Source: a virus | Taxonomy: Duplodnaviria; Caudoviricetes | Reading direction: 5' to 3' (one strand) | DNA length: 64,000 nucleotides | IMG/VR virus record: IMGVR_UViG_3300021400_000091 | Coordinates: 24,421 to 88,420 of that record | Translations under genes and position numbers: made by a program | Shown here: positions 35,226 through 47,200 of the stretch, piece after piece | Layout of the letters: every line of letters starts with the position of its first letter | Position numbering within the stretch: position 1 is the first letter of the stretch | The notes under the pieces: model-generated | The model's input: the letters and a program-made list of their open reading frames with translations, nothing else | Database searches by the model: none | Told to the model about the DNA's origin: nothing

Positions 35226-38200
35226 CTACCAAGAGTTTAAACTTGAGTTGAAATCATTTTGACTTGCATCAAAAGTATAATTAAAATCTCTATTTAGATA
35301 ATCATATTGAACTCCAGAATCATAATCATTTTCATATCCGGCAAGAGCTTTAGCTATTTTTGTAGATATTCCTTTATTACCAACTCTATAATATCTATTA
35401 TTTTTTCCTATATTTTTAATTCTATTTATAACTCTAGTAGGAGCAAATAATCTTTTAGCGACAACATTAAGTCTATTATCACCAGCATTTGGACCACTAT
35501 GAATTGTTAAATCTTCTCCCATTAAAGTTTCAGTTCCATAATATAGTAGATATATCCAATCCAATGCTGCTGAACCACTTGCAACTGGAGAACCCCAAAG
35601 TGTTTTAGCTTCTTGAACTGTACCATATCCATTATAAGCAATGGTTTCAGACATTAATCTATCCATAGCATATATAATACTACTTGCTAAATTATTATCT
35701 CTTAATTCATCATCATCTCCACCAAAAGCAGAAAATATCATAGCTTGAACAACAATTGGAACAGTCATACCAATTAATTCTCCCATAATCTTTTTCATAT
35801 TTTGCTTCTGATGTCTAGGAAGAAAACGATAGTTAATATATAACTCAGGTATTAATCCTATAGTTGATTTAACAATAGCTTGGAATGCTGCAAGAGCAGG
35901 ATTTGTTCCATCTTTTCTAGCATTATTATAATTATTTATGATTGACATTGATTGAACAAGTAAATGAGCTATATCTGTAAACATACCTCTATCAACTGTT
36001 CCTCTACGTTCACTAAAATTACCTTTATTTTTATAATGTTTCATAAAACCAGTCCATAGATGTTTATGGAATTGCATAATATTTGCGCCAAAAGCATATT
36101 TCTCTATTAATGCTGCACCATCTTTATCATATACACCATGAATTTTCTTATTAACACCAATTACTCTTTCTCTAAATTCTCCATAATACTTTTTAAACTT
36201 TTCATCAAATACAAGTTTTCCATTAACTACTTTTATCATTTGATTCAATGTCTTATTTCTTGAATCATTAAATTCTTCATCAGCTTCTTTATCTAATCTT
36301 TCTTTTTCTTTTAAATACTTATCTAAAATCTTTTTATCTTTAGTTCCAGTAATTGAACCATAGTAAACTTCTTTTATAAAATCAATACTAAAATTATATT
36401 TAAATTTAGCATACTTGTACATTTCTCTTTTATCTCCAAGTTTCTTTCTTTTATATTGTTCAAAAGCATCTAATAGTTTTTGGTCACCTTGAAGAATATT
36501 ATATAATGCAACTATTTCATTATATCTCTTATATTGTTCTTTACTAACTAATTCTTCATTACCATTTAATTTATTCCTCATTATTTTTGTACCATTAAGC
36601 ATAGCTATTAACACAGTATTTTGCATTAAATGCTCACCAGCACTTTGAGTACCAAACATAATATTTCTAAGATGTTTCATACCATTGTGCATTTTATCAT
36701 TAGGCCTAGTTTCAAGTTTTAAGTCATAGTCAATTATATTAAATCTATGAATTATTAAGTTAATTCTATTGGTAATATTCTTTCTCTCTTCACCGCTAAA
36801 ATTCAAAACATCTTGAAGATAACTAAAACCACCTTTAGCATATTCTGCTTGTGCTTTTATAGCATCTGCTTTTGTAAAATATTCATTTCCAAAAAATTCC
36901 ATTGTCATATTAACATAACCAGTTGCTATATTTGCAAAACCAGAATAAGGATTTAATGCAATGTATCTACTACTAGCATTTGTTCTAAAACTATCAAATA
37001 TATCTCTCCATACATTATGTCTATTATAATCTTTATATATAATTCTTCTTGCCCAATTCTCTAAAATTTCCATAGCATTCTTACTTTCTTCAGTTTTATA
37101 TTCATTAGTATCTATACTTCTAATTGAATCTCTTTCCATTTTGCCTTTAGAATTTATAAGATAATGCTTATTAATCTTTAATTCTTCCATTAATAGAAAT
37201 ATAGTATTAGCCATTGTGTGTCTATTATTATATTCTATAGCTCCGGCAATATAATCTTTGATTACATTAATCCAATCCCTATCAAGAACTGCTTTTTCTA
37301 ATTCTCTATTATGTGCTTCAATTTTTCTACTTTCTTCTCTATATTTTCTAAGTTCTTCTTGATATTCTTCTTTTGTTTTTCCTTCACGTTTTGGATAATC
37401 AGGCATAGGTTTAAAACCTTTTGTTTTGAGAGTTTCCATCATCTCAAAATTATCAGTCCATTGCTTAGTATAATCTAATATTCCTTCATGGTCTTTAACA
37501 TTTCTAGTACTATAATATGCTAAACCTGCAATATTTAATAAATCTCTAGCAAAATTAGCAGCTGTATATTCTTTCTTATATCTTCTAGGTAAATATCCTT
37601 TTGCAGCAAATTTTTCCATTTGATAATTACCACTAGCATATTTCATGACTATAGACTTTAAATACTCTTGTATTCTTCTTTCTTTTTCAGTCATTCTTGT
37701 AGTTGAAGTATATATAGGATTGCCAGCATCTTTAAAATTATCTCCAAATTTACTAAATTTTTCATTTTGCTTTTCTTTTACAGCAGCTCTACTTGCAGCT
37801 TCATATCTTGGCAATCTTTGAATAGAATCTTTTGCAGAACCTTTATATTGTGGTACAGTCCATATACTTAATGGTTCCCATCTTTGAGTATATTGATTGA
37901 ATATATGGTTCTTTTCATACCATTCATCATATGTACCATCAGCAATAGCTTGTTTTTCTGCATCAAGATAATATTCACTTGGCACTCTTTCTACCATATC
38001 ATTTATTGTTGCTAGTGCTTTTGCCTTTTCTTTATCTTCATATTCTTCTTTAGTTGGTACATAATACCCAAAAAATTGAAATTTTGGAGTATATAAAGAT
38101 ATAACTTTACCATTCTTTCTACCAATTTTAGCATCAGCAAACATTTTTAACCATTCCTTATATTCATCTTCACTTAATTCTCTTCTAGCTTTTGCTTGTT

Positions 38201-41200
38201 CTCTTTTAAAAGCAGCATTATTATAAGCTTTAGTAACATATTCTTCAAATAATAATTTATAATATTGTCTATTAATTTTACCATCTTGAACAGGTATATC
38301 AAATAAATCTATATACATAGTATTTAATCTGTTTCTCTCTTCTTTACTTAATGTTTTAAACATTCTTACTGTATCTAAAGTATTATTATCCTTATCAAAG
38401 AATGGTTCAATTATAGCATTAATTTTCTTTATATATTCATCTTTCTTAGAATTATCTCTAGGTTTTCCACTTTCTCTAGCTCTTACTCTTTCTAATTCTC
38501 TTTTTGCTTTAGCATTAAGTAATGGAATATCTTTAGGAACTTCTTTTATTAAACTATTATGTGATGTTCCTCCAATCTTTTTAATTCTACTTAATTGTTT
38601 TTGTTTTATTTTTTCTAATGCACTATCGCTAAGTTTTCTTGGGTCTCTTCTACCAAATTCATCATATGCATTTTCATCATTAAGTATTTCAATTATATCT
38701 TGAGAAGTACCACCTGAAGCACCAGTTATAATAAAGTAAGCTTTCTCTAATTTATCTCGATTTTCATCACTTAATTGGAACCTTACATTTTCTTTTAACC
38801 AATAATATGCTTCTCTATATTCTTCAAATTGGTCTAATTTTTCATTTAATGTTAATGTAGCATATTTTTTATCATATCTATCTCTAATAGCTAAATAGTT
38901 ATCAACATCATCTTGAAAACCTTCATATTCCTCATAAGTAAAATATTCAGCATTTATATTTTTTCTAGCTGCAAGAAAATCTTTTAATGCTTCAACTTTT
39001 CTTAATTCTTGAGAAGATTTTTCTTCACCATCTTCATCTGTTTTAGATAATAGACTATTTAATTGTTCTCTTAAATGTACTCTAAGTTTTATTCTTTCTT
39101 CTTCACTTAATGATTCATCATAAACATCTTCATATAATCTAGATTGAATTTTCATATATTCCAAATATAATTCTGGAGCAATTAATCTAATTCTTTTAAG
39201 ATTATTTAAAGACCTTCTATAATAATCTTCTAATATAGGTTGTTCTGTATTTTCTAATAGCCATTCATCTCTAGCAATCCTAGCATCTAACCATTCCATA
39301 GAATACATTCCATATTTATGTACAGCATCTCTAGCTCTATCTATAACTTTTTCTTTATCTCTTAAAAATTCATCTGTATAATTTGTTCTCCATCTTCCAT
39401 CAGAAGTTATTATATTATCTATTCTAAATTCTCCAGGAAGTTTCATTAACTCTGCTAGTTCTTGTTCAAATTTTTCAATTTCTTCAGGAATTACAACACC
39501 CTGTATTTCTGAATTCATAGCATTAATTATTTTAGTTATGACTTGAATTTCTGGGTGAGTAACATCTGAAATATCTGCAACTAGCATATCTAATTTACTA
39601 ACATCTCCAAATACATCCCTTAATTTTAAAATACCTTGAGCAATATTAGGGTTACTACTAAATCTAGCATAATATATATTAAACATATTTTCAAAACCTT
39701 TCAATGTTAAATCAGAATTTTTAACATTAGAAACAAATTTATTTATATCTTCTATATATTTATTTATCGTAGGATCTTTGCTAAATTTTGCATTTACAAT
39801 AAAATGACCAAAAGTTCTTGCATCCAATAATAACTTAACTAATCTATGATAATCTTCACTATTTGGTTGAAGTTCTTTATATAATTGTTCATCATCTATT
39901 GAATATACATTACCATTTGCTAATTCAAAATTATTCATATCATGTAATAGTTTATTACTAACTTTTCTAAAATAAATAGATGCTTCTCGGTAAATAACTT
40001 TAGTATTCTCTTCCAAACTTTCAGTTAATCTAGAATTTACATAATTTATATCCATTAGTCTATCAAATTCAGAAGCAGTTTCATCATTGCCTAATGCTAA
40101 CCAATGTAATACGTTAACTATAGTCGCTGTTTGCTTATTAAATTCAGAATCTAATTCTCCCACAGTAGTATATTCATCTAAATCTATATATAAAGAAGCA
40201 TTATATGTTTCATCTTCAGTAGGAGTATTATCTTTTTCTATCATATAACAATCACCTGCTGAAACAGTATTTTTAGATTTAGTTCCATCTTCATTTGTAA
40301 TAGTAGATATACCTTTAGAGCCAACTCTAGAATCATAAATTTTTCTCTGATGTTCATTTTTACTAGTTAATTTAGATGGTCTCATTCCTCTAACAATAGT
40401 AACTTCTATTTCTTGCATTTCACCATTTATTTCTTTTCTAATAACTTGCTTAACTTTAGAATTATAAGGAAATAGCATTCTTAGATAAGGATTCATATTA
40501 AATGTAAACATCTTACTTGTAGAGTTTTCTTCACCAATAACTCCAAATTTTTCATTAAAAATATCATCTATTAAAAGTTGTATACCACCTTTTACTAATT
40601 GTTTTTCCTTATCTTTACTTTCTAATACTTCCATTAATGTATTTGGATTACTAGTTGCATCATATTCAGTATATAAAGTATTTTCTGGTATTTTGGTTTC
40701 TTCTTTTCTACCTTCTTCTTTTAACTTAGATTTAAATTCATCTAAGTCATTTACATCAAGTATTGTTCCTTTTTTAGAAACCATTGTATTGTATATATCA
40801 ATAAATGAATCATAAAATTCCCTTACTCTAAATCCTCTATTATTTGATTTATTATAACTATATTGTGTAGTTTCTCCTCTTTCTAGTTTTGGTTGAGGAA
40901 TTAAAAATATTGAATTATCAGCTGCTACTCTAACTTTAAATATTGTAGTAACTTGAGTTCTTTTATCATTTATCTTATCAGTCCATACTATTTTTATATA
41001 TCTTCCATCTAATTTTTGTATATTTTCGCCTTCACCTATTGTTAACTCTAATCTATTCAATAATTCAGTATTTTCAGTATCTTTAGTATTATTATTTGAA
41101 CCAGGCATTATATGTCTTAAACCAAAAGTAGTATGGTTAGTTGATTTTATAAATGCTTTTTGATAAGGCTGAGGTTTTACAGTTCTAATATATCCAAGAT

Positions 41201-44200
41201 TATATGCGGGTAATACTTCTGAATGACTCCTAAGATATAAATTAAGAAATTCTCCATTTAATAATTCACTAGATGTTGAATTTGCAACTTTTGCTCGTAA
41301 TTGAGGAACAATATCTAAAGAAGTAGAATCTTCTCCTAATAAAGACTTATTAGTTATAATTCTAGAAATACCACCTTTTTTAAACATCATACCATCAACA
41401 ACTATTGCATATTTAACTAAATCTATAGCAGCAAGTTTTATTAAAGGATTTGAATTATAAAATGCACTATTAAATTGTATAAATAAATCTTCTAGAAATT
41501 CTATACTAGAATTAAATCTTATAGATTGTCCACTATATCCAAATAATTTATTAATTGTTTCTCTTTGAACACTAGCTTCTATATTATCAAATACTAATCC
41601 ACCATTTCTTTTAAAATTAGTTTGAATAAATATAACTTTTTGAGCAGGAGTTAATTCTCTAAATTTATCTATTTCTTCTCTTGTAGGATTATTAATATCC
41701 TGTACAAATAAATTTGTACTAGTTGTTGTATAACCTACTATTCTATTCATTTCTTTACTAAATACACTTTCATTTTCATCTATATCATATTCTGCAAACT
41801 GAATATTTCCAAAGTCATCAACAGTTATAGGATTTGTAATTTGTGGAATTGAATTATAAAAATAATTAACTATATATTTAGTATAATCTTTATATTGTTC
41901 AGCTGTTAGTTTTCTACCAATTCTTTCTTCTAATCTAGTTCTTATATCATCATATTTAGAACTTTCTAATTCAAAAAATTGACTATTTGTTTCAATGGCT
42001 GCTTCTGTAGAATAGTTAAGAAATGCAGCCAAAAACATATATTTACTTCTATCTATTACAACTTTACCAGAATTTTCTACATCTCTTGGATACACAGCTT
42101 GTACTAATGGAATAGTTTGGTCTTTAACTTCAACCACAACAGTATTTGCTATTCTTGCTTCTATTGAATCTCTTGGATAACTATGTTCTATAATATCTTT
42201 ATATAGTTTTCTTGTTTCATTTACAGTTTGTTTTGCACCAAATTTATCTGATTTAACATCGTTCATAATTTGGTTTATATTATTTGATATTTCACTAAGT
42301 CTATTAAATTCTATAAGAGTCATTAAGTCAATAGCAAAATCCATTGTAGTATATTCAGCATCACTTTTATTGTTTAATTCTTTCTCTTTCTTTAATCTGC
42401 TAACTAATACATTATAATCTAATATTGATTTTCCACTTAATATACTTCTTCCTTCTGTAAGTGAGAAATTAATTTGCTCAAAACACTTAGCTAATTCAGT
42501 ATCATTTTTTATTGTTTTTTCTATTTCTTTCCAACTTACATATTTTTTAGTTTTATAATATCTACTATATAATTGTTTTATTGCCGTAAAAATAGGTTTT
42601 CCAGATTCTGTAAAATATGGAGATTTTTTACCGACATTTATTTTGTTAAGTTCAGTTATAGCAGGTTGCATTATAAATGCAATTGCAGTATCATAATCGG
42701 CTCCAATCATAGGAAGCAACTTATATGCACCAAAAGTTTCTTCATTTAAATTATAAATAGAGCCTTCTTTCACTGCATCAAGAGTATGAGCTGTAGTTTC
42801 TGAATTATATACTGTTATAATAGAATCTGTAACATTTTTATTTGTTTCACTCCATCCTATTCTAGAATGATGTACTATTACTTTTACTGGAACATTATTT
42901 TTATCTCTTATAACTTCAATTTCACCTTCTCTATTATATGCTTTTTGTATTGACTCTAAATTATAAACTTTCTTTCCATCCTTTTCTCTTGTTAAATCAT
43001 ATGATATATCAACAGTTTCAGAACCAAGCAACGCCTTTGTATAATTTGCAACAGATGCAAAAGTATCATAATTCACAGATATAGCCTTAAGTCTAGCACC
43101 ACTCATAACATCATCCATAAATCTTAATTGGATAAATGGGTCATAAGGGCTACTATTTGTGAAATCAACACCTAATATTTTTTCTAATACAATCTTAGCT
43201 TCAGTAATATCTCTAAAGTTAGAAGTAGCATAATTTTCAGTTCTACTACTAGGATTATTCATAATTGCAACAATAGAATCTAAAATTTTATTATTTCTAG
43301 CTTGTTTTGTATTCATTTCCTCCACGGGGAGTTCTTTAAATTCTTCATAGGTTATAATCCCGTTTTCTTTTGCAATAGATTGCATTGCAGCAAAATAATT
43401 ATCCCAGTTTTCTTTTACAACGTCTTCATATAGTTTATTTCTAATAGCTTCATAATTTATATTATTCTTATCTAAAGTTTCCAATGTATTTACTTGTTCT
43501 AATAATTGTTTTTGTGTTTCTATATAGGATTCTATTTTTTCTTTTTGTGTTTCATCTGTTACAGAATTTAATAATTGAGTAAGACCAGCAATTATATTTC
43601 TAGATCTTAATCTAGTTATATCAGCAGCACTATAATTACCATTGGAAGTTTTTGATTCAATATATTTTGTTGCTACATCTACTCTTTCTTTTGCATCCTT
43701 AGATAAATTATTATATTTTTCACTAAGTTTTGCATCTAAAAATCTAAATTGATTTTTAGCTTTTCTAAGTTCTTTTAATTTTTCATTTGATTTTAATGAT
43801 TCTTTAATTTCCTCTCTATCTATATCATCTAATGCTACAAAATTTTGACGTTTTACTAGTCTTTCATTTATATAGTCAGCATACATTTTTTGTATAATAT
43901 TCTCTCTTTCTTCATCCGAAACATCTTCAGCCCAAGGATTTATAAATTCTATTTTATGTAGCATATCATATTTATCTCTATACATTTCATAGCATATACC
44001 ATAAATACTATCAACATCAAAGTCTGCACCAGACTGAATAACCCATTCATCTGGAACTACAATAGTACTACCATAACCATCATCAACAAATCCTACAACT
44101 TTAAGTACAGATACTGATTGTTTACCCTCAGTAGGAATACGATAACCAATATGTATATCAAGTCCTTCTTTAGCTATTTGGTCTAATATTTGTTTATCTT

Positions 44201-47200
44201 CTTCAGAAGTTTTACCTTTTGGAATTAAAGAAGACCATCTAGGAAGATACACTTCCATATATGCTTCAACTTCCATATTCCATCCAGTTTTATCATCTAA
44301 TTTATTATATTCTTCTTCAGATAAAGTTTCACCATCTTTTTTGTATACTGCAGGATGATATTTTAATTCTCCACTATAACCAACGTCTGTAATTTGAGCA
44401 GCATGCCATCCAGGTAATGTTTGTCTAGTAATTGTAGAATTAAAAATAGCTTGAACAATACTTTCAATCTTACTACCAGTATTATTCATATAATTAGGCA
44501 TTTTTGGTTTTCCAGTGTCAGGGTCTGGTATAAAATATTCTATAAAATTACTATCCATACTTAATCTTGCTGCTTCTCTTAGTGCTTTTTCATAAAACAC
44601 TGTAAAATCTAAATCTTCACTACCATCTTTATTTACAATATGACCAGTTTTTTCATCAAATTTCCAACCACAATTATCTAACAAATATTCAAAGTCTTGT
44701 TTTATATTAGCAACATAGTTCCTCATAAAATCTTCAGCAATACTTCTAGTTTCATCATTAGATAAATTATCAAGAACTTTTTTCATAATCTGAACACCTG
44801 CCTTATTTGTCTTATCTTTCATGTGTTCAGGAACCTCTTGTTGCTTCCATAGATATTGATAATAAAAGTTTTCTATAGCAGATAAATTCTTTATATCTTC
44901 TTCAAAGTTTTTATTAACAACACCATTATTATCCCAAAAAGTTAATACATTCTTTTTTGCAGCTTTACTTGTTTCAGATGTATTAATTTGACCTATATCA
45001 TTTCTAACACAAATATTATAAAGCCTAATTAAATCATTTGATTCATCTTTTATTCCTTCATCTGATAATAGTTCTGGTATAATTACAAACTCAGCATTTT
45101 TAATTTGTCTAGGATAATAAGTCTGTGTTTCTGTATCATAATAATGGTCAAAATAAAAGTTTTTATCTACTTGAATTCTTTTTATAATTGATGATAAATC
45201 TATTTCTTGTCTTGTTCTTTTACCACTTCTTACTTCATATATTTGCTGTATTATATCTTGATAATCTCCTATTGTTCCATCAGCAAATCTTCGTCTAATC
45301 CATTCTTCAAATGTTATATAAGATTGAGCATCATCAAATTTTCCTTGTTCAAAATAAGCGATTGTTTCTTTAGAAGCAGCAGTTGTAGCTTCTATTTCAC
45401 TCATTCCTTCATTAATATGAATTTGTTTTAGCTCATTAAGTAATCTGTGTCTACTTTTAGCAAAATTAATTTTATTTGTAATAGTTATAGCTCTAAATCC
45501 ATTTCTAGCATTCATCCCACTTTCTTGTAATTTACCATCCTTTTTTATCATAATTGGTATAAATAATCCTTCTGCATCTAAAATATCATGAACATCATCA
45601 AAACTTTCATCAGATAAATTATATCCTGTATAATTTAAACCACCAGCTTGACCTTCCTTTGTTCTTTTAAGAAAATCTCTTGCATTTCTATAAAATTTAG
45701 TATCACCTTCAAAAAGCATATCAAAATTCATATTCATATTTGCACTATTCAAAAAGAATGATACTAAATCATTTTCATTATATTCATATACAGTTTTTCC
45801 AATTATATCTTTAAATTCTTGAGAATTATTTATAACATATTTAGTAAACTCACTTTGCCATTGCCCAGCAATACCGCCTATAATTTTCTTTGTTTCTTTA
45901 GTTAATATAAATTTAATTTTACCATCTTCTATTGTAAATAGTTTACCAAGTTGATTCATATTAAGACGATATTTACCACTAACGCTGTCATATTTAATAA
46001 GGCTATCTTTACCCTCCCCGTAGAGGGAAAGACTGCTAACCATTCTCTCATTTACATCTAAAGAACCTACTTTAAACAATTTATTAAACTTAAAAAGATT
46101 ACCAGCTAATCTACCATCTTTAATTATTTTACCTCTGTCGTGATGTGCTCTATCTATTAATCCTGTGGTATCTTCTCTAACAGAAAAATCATCATTTGCG
46201 TTCAGTACATTATTTAATTGTGTTATAAAATCACATAATTCTTGAGTTAAATGTTGAGTAAAACTTGCTCTAAGTTCAACATCATTTAATCTAAAATATT
46301 GTACTGTAAAATTCTTAGGAGCATCTGATGGAGTTCTCATAAAATATTCAGCTCTAGGATGACCTTCTAGAGTGTCAGAAAATGTTCCATTCATAACTCT
46401 TCTAGCAGGATGTAGAAATGATAAGAATTGCGTCAAAAAATAATCACTTCTACTCATAGTATTATATAGAGCGCTTCTAACAGTTCCTAAATCTCGTACT
46501 CCATCAAATAAAGAACTTTGTAATATATTATGAGCATTTCTTGTAGTTACAACATTTTGTCCATCTCTACTAAATAACCCTGGAACAATAGTAGAACCTT
46601 TAGCATTCCTTATTCCAAAATAAATAGGATTATACGCATACTGATTTGAAGCACCATTACTTTCACCCTTTGTTACTTCATTTTTAATTGATTCTAATCC
46701 TGATCTAATTGTAACAATTTGACCTGTATCATCTTGTATTTCTTCTTCCATTTTTAGTTTTTGAAAGAATCTGCCAAAATATGAATTTTTCATCATATTA
46801 GTTGACATATTTCCTTCTGCATTACTACTATTTAATTCTATACTTATAGCAGAATATCTATTTATTATTTTTGATAATGTTATTAATGAAGCATCAAGTG
46901 CTCTAATATTTAAGGAAGAAAAATCAAATTTTTTATATTCTTGTTCTTTAACTGCAACACCATCTATAATTCCTCCACTTTGTCTAATAAAAGCATTTGA
47001 AAAAGATATATCTCTATTTTGTTTATTTATTCTATTAAATTCATTTAGTGCTTTTGAAGCTGCATCTACTAAATTATTAACTATTGATAATACTTCATTT
47101 ATTCTTCTAAATTGTTGTTGTTCAAGACTATCCTCATTTATATAATTAAATAATACATCACTATCTACTGTTGGTAAATATTTCTTTAATATAGAAATTA